Below are positions 9,813-23,107 of a stretch of 64,000 bases of DNA, piece after piece. The stretch is from Candidatus Limnocylindrales bacterium. Lineage in GTDB: Bacteria; Chloroflexota; Limnocylindria; Limnocylindrales; CSP1-4. Positions within the stretch are counted from its first letter, which is position 1. Each line of letters starts with the position of its first letter. The stretch spans positions 17,869 to 81,868 of the forward strand of contig DASWZK010000016.1 of NCBI GenBank assembly GCA_036404515.1, read 5' to 3'. A model generated the notes under the pieces. The model was not told the origin of the DNA and did no database searches. It saw only the letters and a list, made by a program, of their open reading frames with translations. Position numbers and translations under genes: made by a program.

Positions 9813-10364
9813 TCAGGCAGCCTTGCTGGCCAGCCATTCCTGATAGGCGCCCCAGGCCATCAGCGCACCGCCAGCGATGAGGACGACATCAGCGACATAC
9901 ATCAGGGCGGGAGCGCCCGAGAGGTTGTTGGTCACCTGGAAGAGGAGCGTCAACACGCCGCAGACGAGAGCCACGACGGACACGCCGAGAAGAATCTGGC
10001 TGACCGGCATCGGCCACGTGATGTTCACGTTGGGGGCGATCTTCAGGTACAAGACCACGCCTCCCACGACGCCGAACAGGACGGCGAGGATCGACATCAG
10101 ACCCGCGTTGCCCCATGAGAAGTAGTTGACGGTGACGCCGGGGACGGTGACCCCAGCGTAGCTACCGCCACCGATCGTAGTGGACCCCAAGATCGTGCCG
10201 AGCAGCCATCCGACGACAACGCCGACGACCCCGTAGGCCACGAATCGCTCGCGGGGGGAAAGCTTAGCCCACAGTTGATTCAGCACGAGTTGAGCCTCCT
10301 TATCCAACTGGACCAGGTTCCCTTGCCGGGATCGTCTGGCTTCCTCGCTCCGGTCGGCCTGCAT
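9813..10364 (-). CDS. hypothetical integral membrane protein
   Basis: 183 aa, four to five TM helices, GC3-biased codons. No family recognised. Confidence 0.55.
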   Translation of the reverse strand: MQADRSEEARRSRQGNLVQLDKEAQLVLNQLWAKLSPRERFVAYGVVGVVVGWLLGTILGSTTIGGGSYAGVTVPGVTVNYFSWGNAGLMSILAVLFGVVGGVVLYLKIAPNVNITWPMPVSQILLGVSVVALVCGVLTLLFQVTNNLSGAPALMYVADVVLIAGGALMAWGAYQEWLASKAA

Positions 10365-10676
10365 GACGGTTGTCGAGGCCGATGAGAACGTGCGCAGCCT
10401 ACACCCCAGTCCGCAGCGTGACCAGATGATTCTGCCTGCGTCAACACAGGCGCGCCTGGCGGTTCAAACCTCGGTCCAGCCGTCGGACCCCGGTCTGGCC
10501 CCAGACGACCTGCGGTGGTCTCTTGCTTCCGAAACGTAGCCAGACCGAGCGCGAATCGCGTCTGTCGAGGGCCTCGCTCCCATCATTCACTCGCCAGACC
10601 TGCCCATTTCGGCAGGTGGGAGTCCCGCCTCCAGCTCCCCGAGTGAATCCGCCGAGCCGGGGCTCGTGGGCAGCCG

Positions 10677-11654
10677 CTACACGACTCGCGCCGGAGCGAC
10701 GCTAGGTGGCCGGATCGACCTGCCGGGCAAGCGGCGATCGGCATGCATCCGTTGCTCAGCCCGCTGGAGCGCGAACTCCAGGTCCGACGCGGCGGTTGGG
10801 CACGACCAGCCAACGGCAAGGCGAAGTGGCACTGCCGAGGAGGCGAGCCACGGATCGCACACGAGACGGATGCGCTCGACATAGTTGATCGCCTGAATCT
10901 CGTCCGTCTCCGGCAGGAAGGCGGCGAAGCGGCCGCGCCCGATTCGGGCGATCCAATCGGATGACCGGGACTCACGCCGGAAGGCGTCGGCGACCGCCGG
11001 CAGCAACCGATCGACCGGTTCATTGCCGAGCCGCTCTTCCAACCGCCGCAGGCCCTCGACCTCGGCCACGACAACCGTCGCGGGCCGGCGATACCGCAAC
11101 AGCCGAGCGTTCTCGATCTCGATGATCTGACTCCAGCTGGTCGTGCACTCCAGCCCGGTGAGCGGATCCAGGGCCCGTCCTGTCGAGGCGCTCGCCGACG
11201 GGGCGGGCAGGCTGCCCAGACCCGTCGTCGCACCGTCGTTCCCGAAGGCGACCGACTTCACGTCTCGGTCGGTGCCGCTGCCGGACGGCCGGAAGCCGAA
11301 GCCATCCGCATGCGGGGCGATGGGCACGGGCTGGGACAGTAGCTCGGCGAGCTCCGGCGGTAATGTCCCGGCGAGCGGCGTCCGCGCGACCGGCGGTGCC
11401 GTAAATGGCGAGCTGGATGGGGTCGGCGGGGGTAAGGCTCCACCAACCGCGGTGTTACCGGCCACGAAGAGGGAGCGCTGGCGAAGGGTCGGGACATTGC
11501 CCGCGGGCGGACGCGCTCGCGTCGAGCTGAGCAGAGTCTGGGGATGCCGCGGCCAGTGGACTGTGACGTTGTCGGCCCACGTCACCCAGACGAGCAGCGC
11601 GACATTCACGACCACGCCGAACAAGAAGACCCCGATGAACAGTTCCACGGGCAC
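10677..11654 (-). CDS. membrane-anchored protein with degenerate GGDEF domain
   Basis: 325 aa. N-terminal TM helix, Pro-rich linker, C-terminal GGDEF-like fold (ARIGRGRFAAFLPETDEIQAINYVERIR). The GG(D/E)EF catalytic motif is replaced by RGRF. Confidence 0.6.
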   Translation of the reverse strand: MPVELFIGVFLFGVVVNVALLVWVTWADNVTVHWPRHPQTLLSSTRARPPAGNVPTLRQRSLFVAGNTAVGGALPPPTPSSSPFTAPPVARTPLAGTLPPELAELLSQPVPIAPHADGFGFRPSGSGTDRDVKSVAFGNDGATTGLGSLPAPSASASTGRALDPLTGLECTTSWSQIIEIENARLLRYRRPATVVVAEVEGLRRLEERLGNEPVDRLLPAVADAFRRESRSSDWIARIGRGRFAAFLPETDEIQAINYVERIRLVCDPWLASSAVPLRLAVGWSCPTAASDLEFALQRAEQRMHADRRLPGRSIRPPSVAPARVV

Positions 11655-11746
11655 GCGACGCTCCCCGGAGGCGGCTCCTGGCTGGGGAGATTCTACGGCC
11701 TGCGGACTTCGGCCGTGCTTCTCAAAGCTCGAAGCGGACGGCCTCT

Positions 11747-11762
11747 GTTGCGTGCCTGCAAC
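11747..11762. promoter_or_regulatory. 16-bp palindrome GTTGCgtgcctGCAAC in divergent intergenic region
   Basis: Perfect 5-bp arms around a 6-bp spacer, between the divergent GGDEF-like gene and the small-ORF/MTase operon. Candidate operator only. Confidence 0.2.
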
Positions 11763-11961
11763 ACCGACCCGCGTTCAGCCCCCCGGTCGGATGGCGGGGC
11801 CGTTCGGAGCGAAGAATGGACCCGAACGCTCGTCTGATAGAATGTCACCCGCTTCCCAATTGACGCGGCCGTGTCCGAGTGCCCGCGGATCCGAATGGCG
11901 GCGGTCGCCAGGCGACCGATCGCAGCGGCGACGTCAGGGTTGGGGAGATGGAGGAGGAACC

Positions 11962-12138
11962 ATGGCCCGGCCCATCCGCACGGCGGTCGCTCCGAACCCT
12001 CTCCGACCGGTCAAGTCGCATCTGATCGAGGAGTACAACGCCCGGACGAACATCGTCCGGTGCGATTGCGGTTGGTCGGGCAACGCCGACGAATTCGCCG
12101 TCCACCGTCGGGCAGTCGGCGCCGCCAGCCCGTCCTGA
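11962..12138 (+). CDS. small conserved-looking protein (58 aa), unknown function
   Basis: ATG preceded by an excellent SD (GGAGGAGGAACC-ATG). Sequence MARPIRTAVAPNPLRPVKSHLIEEYNARTNIVRCDCGWSGNADEFAVHRR. GC3-biased. Stops 54 bp before the likely MTase start. Confidence 0.5.
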   Translation: MARPIRTAVAPNPLRPVKSHLIEEYNARTNIVRCDCGWSGNADEFAVHRRAVGAASPS

Positions 12139-12191
12139 TCGGCCGACAACACGCAGCTTCGGCTTCCGCGATCTACGACGCGCTTCGCCCT

Positions 12192-12956
12192 TTGACCCCC
12201 TCGGTGCCGTCCCGCCAGCCATTCGCCACGTACGAGGATCTGGGCTACAGGGACGTATTCTGGGCTGCTCGAACCTACGAGGATGCGTGCGATCGGATCG
12301 CCTTGCCCGCGCTCCTACCGTACGGCAGAGGACGGCTGATCGAGGTCGGAGCCGGGTTCGGCAGGCTGGCTGACGAGTACGCCGGCTACGACGAGGTCGT
12401 CCTGCTCGATTCATCCGAAGTCCACATTGCCGCGGCTCTGGCGACGTTTGCCGACGACCCAAGGTTCAGCGTCACCCTCGGCGACGCCCTCGCGCTCCCC
12501 TTCCCCGACGGCCACTTCGATGTGGCCGTTTGCATCCGCGTTCTGCACCATTTCGGCGACCCGGGCCCGGTTCTGGCTGAGCTCGGCCGGGTCGTTCGGC
12601 CGGGCGGCGTCCTTATCCTCGAATACGCCAACAAGCGCAACCTCAAGTCGATCGCGCGGCGGCTGCTGGGCCGCCAGAGCTGGTCGCCGTTCGAGCTCGG
12701 GGCAGTCGAATACAGGCCGATCCACTACGACCACGCCCCGGTGAGCGTTCGTCGGGCGTTACGGGCGGCCGGCTTCCGCATCGAACGGATGCGAGCCGCG
12801 TCGCTCTTCCGACTGCCGGGCCTGAGCCGGCGCCTTCCACAGACGGTCCTCGTCCGAGCCGAGGTTCTGCTTCAGGAGCCGCTCGGCTCGATCACGCCCG
12901 CGCCGTCGGTCTTCGTGCTGGCACGCAGGACGATCGAACGGCCGAGCCGCCTTTGA
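12192..12956 (+). CDS. class I SAM-dependent methyltransferase (Methyltransf_11/25-like)
   Basis: Motif I LIEVGAGFGRLA, acidic end of beta2 (VVLLDSS), motif post-I/II (VAVCIRVLHHF, GGVLILE). Track ORF starts at 11871 but overlaps the small ORF in another frame. I place the start at the TTG at 12192 (GTG at 12204 also possible); there is no ATG in frame. Confidence 0.55.
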   Translation: MTPSVPSRQPFATYEDLGYRDVFWAARTYEDACDRIALPALLPYGRGRLIEVGAGFGRLADEYAGYDEVVLLDSSEVHIAAALATFADDPRFSVTLGDALALPFPDGHFDVAVCIRVLHHFGDPGPVLAELGRVVRPGGVLILEYANKRNLKSIARRLLGRQSWSPFELGAVEYRPIHYDHAPVSVRRALRAAGFRIERMRAASLFRLPGLSRRLPQTVLVRAEVLLQEPLGSITPAPSVFVLARRTIERPSRL

Positions 12957-13007
12957 GCTCCGACCGCTGAGGGGGCCGCCAACGACGGCTCCGTTCCGCG
13001 CGGACGA

Positions 13008-14075
13008 CTAGCACTCTTCCTGACCCGGCGCCTTCTGGACAGGCCGGTAGAGGTAGTAGTTGGCTGCGCACGCGGCCTGGTTGCCCTCGTGGACGGCGGC
13101 GCTGACCTGGTGATCGTGGATACTCGTGGCGTCCCCGGCCGCGTAGACCCCAGGCACGTTGGTGTGCTGTTCGATTCCAACGGCGATCTGCCCAAGCTCG
13201 TTCAATTCCACCCCAAGTCCTCTGGCAATCTCGTTCCGAGCGGTCGGCGTGTGAACGGTGAAGACCATCTCGACCGGAATCCTCGTCTGCCTGGGGTCGC
13301 CCAGGACGAGCGCCTGGATCTGGCCGTTCTCGTTCGGGTACGAGGTTACGGGCCAGCGGTAGGCGGCGATGCCGTTCGCCGCAAGGTCGGCCAGCCGTGA
13401 TTGCGGGACGCTGAAACCCTCCGAACGACCGGCTGCGATGACCACCTGGCCGGTGAACTCGAGCAAATCGAGGGCTGTTTCCACTGCCTCCTCGTCATGC
13501 CCGACCACGCCAACTGAGCGGTCGATCGCCTCGTAGCCGTCGCATGCGATGCACCAGAAGAGGCTGCGGCCCACGCATTCGTCTCGACCCGCGAACCCCG
13601 GGAATGGGTCGCGGACCCCGGTGGCAAGGACGACGGCCCGTGCGACTACCCGTTGCGACGCGCCGGCCTGGATCTCGCCCAGAGACCGGCCGAGCTCTTC
13701 GTCTCGAGCCACGTTGGCGTCGGTGCCGGCGCCACCGCCCCCGCCCCCCTCCACGAGCAGCCGGAACAGGCCGCCGTCGCGATCGGCGGCGGTGACCCGG
13801 CCGAGCAGGAACCGTGCCCCATATCGAGCCGCCTGGCGCCGGCCCTGGAGCCGTATCTCGGCGGCCGGGATCCCTTCGGGGAAGCCCAGGTAGTTGCGGT
13901 TGATCTGACCCCACAGCGAGCGGCCGTCGCGGTCGTCGATAACCAGGACCGAGCGTCGCATGCGAGCCAGGTTGACGGCCGCCGACAGCCCGGCGGGGCC
14001 GCCGCCGACGATGGCGCAGTCAACCTCGATCAGGTCCGAGAGCGACGATGCGCCGCTGTCCTTCGTGACATTCAT
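13008..14075 (-). CDS. thioredoxin-reductase-like FAD/NAD(P)-dependent disulfide oxidoreductase
   Basis: FAD GxGxxG (DCAIVGGGPAGLSAAV), redox CxxC (WCIACDG), second dinucleotide site (VGVVGHDEEAVETALDL), C-terminal GD motif (YAAGDATS). Start set at the internal ATG (MNVTKDSG...); the track ORF extends to 14159. Confidence 0.65.
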   Translation of the reverse strand: MNVTKDSGASSLSDLIEVDCAIVGGGPAGLSAAVNLARMRRSVLVIDDRDGRSLWGQINRNYLGFPEGIPAAEIRLQGRRQAARYGARFLLGRVTAADRDGGLFRLLVEGGGGGGAGTDANVARDEELGRSLGEIQAGASQRVVARAVVLATGVRDPFPGFAGRDECVGRSLFWCIACDGYEAIDRSVGVVGHDEEAVETALDLLEFTGQVVIAAGRSEGFSVPQSRLADLAANGIAAYRWPVTSYPNENGQIQALVLGDPRQTRIPVEMVFTVHTPTARNEIARGLGVELNELGQIAVGIEQHTNVPGVYAAGDATSIHDHQVSAAVHEGNQAACAANYYLYRPVQKAPGQEEC

Positions 14076-14228
14076 GAGGCAATAATGCGCCGAATGGGGT
14101 GCCGGCACCAGGCTGGGGCGCAGGCGGAAACGGACCCTCCGGCGAGACCTGCACACCAAGAGCCCGGCGATGCGACGAGGACCGGTTCCTCGTCAAGGCC
14201 GCCACGGAACATCGAAGCCAGGTCTGCG

Positions 14229-14813
14229 ATGCAGTTCTTCGACAACGCCTACATGGGTACTCCAACCTGGGACATCGGCAGGCCGCAGGGCGCCATCGTG
14301 CGCCTCGCGACTGCCGGCTCGATCGCGGGTCCCGTCCTCGACGTGGGCTGCGGCACGGGCGAGAACTCCCTCTATCTCGCCGCGCTGGGACATGACGTGG
14401 TCGGGATCGACCTGGCTCGTGCCGCCATTGACAAGGCTCGGGCCAAAGCCAGGCAGCGGGCCGCAGGCGGCAGCGCCGACTTCCTGGTATGGGACGCGCT
14501 ACGCGTCGCCGGGCTGGGACGGGGGTTCCAGACAGCCGTCGACGTCGGCCTCTTCCACTGCCTCCAGCCCGACGAGCGCGCGAAATACGCCGCCAGTCTC
14601 CACGATGCTCTCAATCCGGGCGGACGAGCCTTTCTGTTGTGCTGGAGCACCCGCAATCCGCTGGGCTACGGCCCCGAACGGATCCGTAAGTCGGACATAA
14701 GGGCTAGCTTCCGATCCGGCTGGTCCGTCGAGGTGATCGAGGAGGAGACGCTCGAAAGTCTCCTTCCGTCGCGGGTCGTGCACGCCTGGCTGGCCCGGAT
14801 CAGGCGCACCTGA
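14229..14813 (+). CDS. SAM-dependent methyltransferase (TPMT/TehB-like small MTase)
   Basis: 194 aa from the in-frame ATG. Motif I VLDVGCGTGENS, D/E after beta2 (VVGIDLA), FLVWDAL. Divergent from the TrxR-like gene. Confidence 0.65.
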   Translation: MQFFDNAYMGTPTWDIGRPQGAIVRLATAGSIAGPVLDVGCGTGENSLYLAALGHDVVGIDLARAAIDKARAKARQRAAGGSADFLVWDALRVAGLGRGFQTAVDVGLFHCLQPDERAKYAASLHDALNPGGRAFLLCWSTRNPLGYGPERIRKSDIRASFRSGWSVEVIEEETLESLLPSRVVHAWLARIRRT

Positions 14814-14871
14814 GCGGCGGGATTGGGGCCGGCTGAGCCGCGAGACAGGCGGGGGCGGTCGGTACGTCGCT

Positions 14872-14903
14872 CGGAAGTCGCGGAGCTCGGAAGTCGCGGA
14901 GCT
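14872..14903. repeat. perfect 16-bp tandem duplication (CGGAAGTCGCGGAGCT x2) in metH leader
   Basis: Read directly: ...gctcggaagtcgcggagctcggaagtcgcggagctcttcc... Confidence 0.7.
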
Positions 14904-15115
14904 CTTCCCGTTCGCGGTTTCGACCGCCGGCGCGGCCCGGTACACTGCGCGCAGAAGGAGGCAGGCCCACCGAGACTCACGTCCCCTCGACAGCGCCTGC
15001 AGCGGTCGCCCCAACAGCGCCGGCAACACAGCCCCCCATAGCGCCGGCAGGCAACCTCCGGACGCGTGAGGAGCGCCTGCTCCTGCTCCGCCCGCTGCTC
15101 GAGAAGCGAATCCTC

Positions 15116-18745
<3,630 letters not shown>

Positions 18746-18912
18746 GTCGAGCCTGGGGGGCGCCGCGAGCCGGTCCGCTACCCACCCAACGCGGATCGCG
18801 TCGGGCGCCCGCATCGCATAGCACTCCCGCCGATGCCAGTAGCGGAAATCAAAGGGGCGAGCCGGGGCCGACGGCGGCGAGCGACGCCAGTAACGACTGA
18901 AGCCGACTCGCG

Positions 18913-19500
18913 GTGATTCGCGTGAGTGGCTACTATTCCGGCACGACGCTACACGGACTGGAGATTCCGCCGATGCTGACCGCGCCGGACGTCCGAGCCG
19001 ACGAGCCCTCGCCCGCACCCGAAATGCCTCGCTTTGCGCGGCTTGCGTCGCCGGTGGATCGGGCGGAACCGGCTGGGCCGCCTGCGGTCCCCCAGTCGTC
19101 CCCGACCGGCATCACTGCCAACCAGGCACCGACGCCCTCCGAGCCGACCGTCCGCATCCATTGGGTCGGCACCCTCGGGGCCCTCCGCCATCCGGCAGAC
19201 CTCTACGCGGACATCGTGGCTGGCACTCCGAACCTCGTAGTCGTGGATGCACGGTATCCTGAGGCGTACGCTCGCGAGCACCTTCCGGGCGCCATGAACC
19301 TGCCCTCGCGCGAGCTCAACGAGACGACAACCGCTCACCTTCCGCGCGAGGCTCTGTACGTCGTCTACTGCTGGAACGCGAGTTGCCACGCGTCCACTAA
19401 GACGGCCAGGCGCCTCGAGGCCCTCGGGTTCAAGGTCAATGAGCTGCACGGGGGCCTGGAGACGTGGCGCAAGCAGGGATACCCGACCGAGCGCGGGTGA
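18913..19500 (+). CDS. rhodanese-domain sulfurtransferase-like protein
   Basis: C-terminal ~100 aa rhodanese fold with catalytic Cys loop (VVYCWNASCHAS). Pro-rich disordered N-terminus. Start uncertain. Confidence 0.6.
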   Translation: MIRVSGYYSGTTLHGLEIPPMLTAPDVRADEPSPAPEMPRFARLASPVDRAEPAGPPAVPQSSPTGITANQAPTPSEPTVRIHWVGTLGALRHPADLYADIVAGTPNLVVVDARYPEAYAREHLPGAMNLPSRELNETTTAHLPREALYVVYCWNASCHASTKTARRLEALGFKVNELHGGLETWRKQGYPTERG

Positions 19501-19580
19501 CTTCCGAACAACCGAGGGGCCTGAGCGGGTCGCCTCGACCGTGCCCGCAGACTTCGAAAGGTCAGTAGCGGAGGGCGACA

Positions 19581-21203
19581 TTGGGCGACAGACGAGAAGC
19601 CGACCCGGCGAAGATCAGCGGTGAGGGGCGGGGCGGGGCGGACGTTGACTCCGTCGTCGTCCTCGATTTCGGCAGTCAGTACAGCCGGCTGATCGCCCGC
19701 CGTGTCCGCGAACTCCGTGTCTATTCGGAACTGCTCCCGTTCGACACCCCGTGGAGCGAGATCGCCGCCCTCAGGCCCAAGGCCGTGATCCTGTCGGGCG
19801 GCCCCTCGAGCGTCTACGACGCCGGCTCGCCTCACCCCGATCCGGCGATCTGGGCTGGAGGCATCCCGATCCTCGGCATCTGCTACGGCCTGCATCTCAT
19901 GGCGCAGGGTCTCGGCGGCGACGTGGTCTCATTTTCCCGCAAGGAGTTCGGGCCTGCTGCCGTGTGGGTTGCCTCGGAGGATCCGCTGTTTGCCGGCCTC
20001 GAGCCGGAGCAATCTGTCTGGATGAGCCACGGCGATTCGATCCAACGCCTGCCCGACGGCTTCCGCTCGACCGCCCGGACCGACTCGACTCCGTATGCCG
20101 CCGTCGCCGATCCTTCCCGCGGCATGTACGGGCTCCAGTTCCACCCCGAGGTCGTCCACACGCCAAAGGGCCGGGAGATTCTGCACAACTTCGTCGTCGG
20201 CATCGCCGGGGCCCGTCAGACGTGGACGCCGGCCAACTTCATCGTCTCGACAGTGGATGAGATCCGGCGCCGCGTCGACGAGCACAGCCGCACGACTGGC
20301 ACGGATGGCCGCGTCCTGTGCGCTCTTTCCGGCGGAGTGGACTCGGCGGTGGCGGCGACGCTCGTCCACCGCGCAATCGGCGACCGATTGACGTGCGTCC
20401 ACGTAGACCACGGGCTCATGCGCAAGAACGAGACGGAGCTGCTGCAGACGGCCTTCGAGCAGCTGGGCGTCAAGGTCATCGTCGTCGACGCGCGCGAGCG
20501 GTTCCTCCGTGTGCTCGAGGGCATCGTCGATCCCGAACGGAAGCGCCGAATCATAGGAGCCGAGTTCATTCACGTATTCGAAGAGGAGGCGGCCAAGCTC
20601 GGCCAGATCGACTTCTTGACCCAGGGCACGCTCTACCCGGACGTCATCGAATCGGCGACTTCGGCCAAGGAGAGTGCGGCTGCAAAGATCAAGACGCACC
20701 ATAACGTCGGCGGCCTGCCCGAAGATCTGCGCTTCCAGCTCATCGAGCCGTTGCGGTACCTGTTCAAGGACGAAGTCCGGGCCGTTGGGACGGCGCTGGG
20801 GCTGCCCGATTCGATGGTCCTGCGCCAGCCGTTCCCGGGGCCGGGCCTGGCGATCCGGATAATCGGCGAGGTCACACCCGAACGACTCGACATCCTTCGC
20901 GAGGCCGACTGGATCGTCGTCGACGAGATCAAATCCGCGGGCCTCTACCGCAGCATCTGGCAGTCGTTCGCCATCCTCACTCCGGTTCGTTCGGTGGGCG
21001 TCATGGGCGACGGTCGAACGTATGCGAACGTCGTCGCCATTCGGGCGGTCACATCGGAAGACGCCATGACTGCCGACTGGGCGAAGCTTCCCTACGATGT
21101 GCTCGGCAAGATCAGCTCTCGCATCGTCAACGAAGTGCCCGGTGTGAACAGAGTGGTGTACGACATCAGCTCTAAGCCGCCTGCCACCATCGAGTGGGAG
21201 TGA
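19581..21203 (+). CDS. guaA: GMP synthase (glutamine-hydrolysing)
   Basis: 540 aa. GATase [20 protein letters not shown], catalytic GICYG, ATP-PPase SGGVDSAV, C-terminal dimerisation domain. Possible ~20-aa N-terminal over-extension. Confidence 0.9.
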   Translation: MGDRREADPAKISGEGRGGADVDSVVVLDFGSQYSRLIARRVRELRVYSELLPFDTPWSEIAALRPKAVILSGGPSSVYDAGSPHPDPAIWAGGIPILGICYGLHLMAQGLGGDVVSFSRKEFGPAAVWVASEDPLFAGLEPEQSVWMSHGDSIQRLPDGFRSTARTDSTPYAAVADPSRGMYGLQFHPEVVHTPKGREILHNFVVGIAGARQTWTPANFIVSTVDEIRRRVDEHSRTTGTDGRVLCALSGGVDSAVAATLVHRAIGDRLTCVHVDHGLMRKNETELLQTAFEQLGVKVIVVDARERFLRVLEGIVDPERKRRIIGAEFIHVFEEEAAKLGQIDFLTQGTLYPDVIESATSAKESAAAKIKTHHNVGGLPEDLRFQLIEPLRYLFKDEVRAVGTALGLPDSMVLRQPFPGPGLAIRIIGEVTPERLDILREADWIVVDEIKSAGLYRSIWQSFAILTPVRSVGVMGDGRTYANVVAIRAVTSEDAMTADWAKLPYDVLGKISSRIVNEVPGVNRVVYDISSKPPATIEWE

Positions 21204-21252
21204 CCGGCGTGCCGACGTCAGCGCGGTCGTTGCACTAGCAGGAGAGGGCAGG

Positions 21253-22401
21253 GTGCAGAGAGTCTTCGGCTCAATCGCCGTCTTCGCCGGCTGGTTATCG
21301 ATCGGGATCGGAGCGATCGCGGGCATCGCAGCCTCGCAGTTCTTCGGTCTCAACCACGTCGAGGGCGACCTGCCGCCCGCCGACGTCTACGGCATCGCCG
21401 GCGCGGTAGTCCTCTGGGTTTTCGTCGCGGCCGCCATCCTTGCGATCGTGCCGCTGGCGATGGTCCTGATCGCGGTCGATCCCCAGCGACCGCTCCGGCT
21501 GTGGGCCGTGGCGATGGCAGTGGCCGGCCTTGCGCTCCTCCCCGACGATCTCGGCCGGGCCTTCGGGCTGCCGCTCTTGGCCGGGGCCGCATGTCTCGAA
21601 GTCGGCGGCCAGCTGATCCATCGCGGGGCAGCCACCGGGCCGTCCGACGCCGGCGCGGGAGCGCGCACGTGGTCCTTCGAGTTCGACAGGGCGCCCGTGA
21701 AGAAGACACCCGCGTCGGACCCTGCACCGCCAGAGTCGGCCAACGTCGGCCCGGCTGTTCCTCCCTGGACGGCTAACGAAACGGTTTCCGCTGCGAGCCC
21801 TGAAGCCGGTGTTCTCGTGAGCGCCGAAACCGCCGCTGCCACGGGCCCAGCGGCGTCCGACGCGGCCATGCCCGCCGGGACCGTCGCCGCGCCGCCGCCT
21901 CAGTCCGGGCCCAGGCCTGCCGGCGCGAGCCGCCGACGAAGCTCCGGCGGGCGCCCGAAGATCCCCGAACGCGTTTGCTCGTGGTGCTCGACCGCGGTGC
22001 CCGCGAACGCCGAGACTTGCCCCAACTGCCACGCGACGCAGGACACTCCGGCCGTCGAAGAGCTTCCGATCCCGGGTCTGACCGAGGTCCCGCCCCAGTT
22101 GCGTCGGTATGCCGAGGAGGCACGCGCCAGAAAGAGGCAGAAGAACGTGCTCGGCCTGATCTTCGGCAGTTCGTCCATCCCGATGGCGACCGGCGCTCCA
22201 CCGCCGAGCGACGCAGCGGCACTGCGACCGCCGAGCGCCGCGCTCAAGGCTGAGATGGCCCGGTTGGACGAAGAGATATCGGCCGGCAGGGTGCCCCCTG
22301 GCGCCGAGAGCGCGGATGGCGGCGATAGCGCGCGGAACCCGGAGTCCGCCGGGGAGGACGGGCCCGATGGGCCGCAGGACGGGGGCGCCCAGCGCAACTA
22401 A
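21253..22401 (+). CDS. hypothetical membrane protein with C-terminal zinc ribbon
   Basis: 382 aa. Four N-terminal TM helices, Ala/Pro-rich low-complexity middle, CSWCS...CPNCH ribbon, acidic tail. Confidence 0.5.
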   Translation: MQRVFGSIAVFAGWLSIGIGAIAGIAASQFFGLNHVEGDLPPADVYGIAGAVVLWVFVAAAILAIVPLAMVLIAVDPQRPLRLWAVAMAVAGLALLPDDLGRAFGLPLLAGAACLEVGGQLIHRGAATGPSDAGAGARTWSFEFDRAPVKKTPASDPAPPESANVGPAVPPWTANETVSAASPEAGVLVSAETAAATGPAASDAAMPAGTVAAPPPQSGPRPAGASRRRSSGGRPKIPERVCSWCSTAVPANAETCPNCHATQDTPAVEELPIPGLTEVPPQLRRYAEEARARKRQKNVLGLIFGSSSIPMATGAPPPSDAAALRPPSAALKAEMARLDEEISAGRVPPGAESADGGDSARNPESAGEDGPDGPQDGGAQRN

Positions 22402-22410
22402 CCGGACCTT

Positions 22411-22962
22411 GTGCCGCGAGCCGGCCTGTGCCGCCGCGGCTGGCGCACCTGGCCGGAGACCCCGCCCGGGGCGCCCGTGGGCACGGGTATTCTGGATTAC
22501 ATGGCCGACCCCAGACCGCGCCTCCCATCGCCGGGACCGTCGTTCCTGCGTGAGATCGAGCTGCGGCCGGGTGATGACCGGCGCGTCGGCATGTCTCAGC
22601 CGCAGACCATCGCCGATGACTGGTGGGTGACCCTGCTTTGGTGCGAACGCGAAGGCGCAGTGTTGACCTTCAACGATCTGGCCCCGGTCTATGGCACGCC
22701 GCCGGGCTCACCCCTGCTTCGACTCGGCCCGGGACTGTCTGGCACGCTGTCGGGGTTGATCCTGGAGGAGAACGGCCGCCAGCAGCTCCGTTTGCGCCTC
22801 GGCCAGCCGCCGGAGAACGAGGAAGCTCCCTGGGACGCGCCACTTGCCGTTCTGACCGGCTTCCGGTTCGAACCGGCGCGGCTGCTGGCGATGCGCGACT
22901 CGGAGCTGGCCGAGACCGTGCTCCGCGCCTTCCGCGATGCCCTGTTGAGGCTTGCCTACTGA
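22411..22962 (+). CDS. hypothetical protein
   Basis: 183 aa ORF with GC3 bias. Start may be the internal ATG (MADPRPRL...). No family recognised. Confidence 0.4.
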   Translation: MPRAGLCRRGWRTWPETPPGAPVGTGILDYMADPRPRLPSPGPSFLREIELRPGDDRRVGMSQPQTIADDWWVTLLWCEREGAVLTFNDLAPVYGTPPGSPLLRLGPGLSGTLSGLILEENGRQQLRLRLGQPPENEEAPWDAPLAVLTGFRFEPARLLAMRDSELAETVLRAFRDALLRLAY

Positions 22963-23107
22963 GGTTCGGCGGCAGGGGCCGAGCCGTCTGCGAGTCTGCG
23001 AGCCCTTAGACGACCGGCGCCTCACCGACGGATCTTCACCGGCCGGCCAAAACCGAAACTGCCGGCCACGGGTATCTCGATTCCGCCCAGGTCGCTAGAC
23101 TCGGCAT

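Noticed and set aside
14823-15041. 72-aa ORF in the metH leader
   Set aside because: Arg-rich, no SD. It lies in the region that encodes the expected MetH N-terminus in another frame.
14814-15115. SAM or cobalamin riboswitch upstream of metH
   Set aside because: I could not find the B12 box (GCCACTG) or SAM-I/IV conserved cores by eye. Needs a covariance-model scan before any claim.
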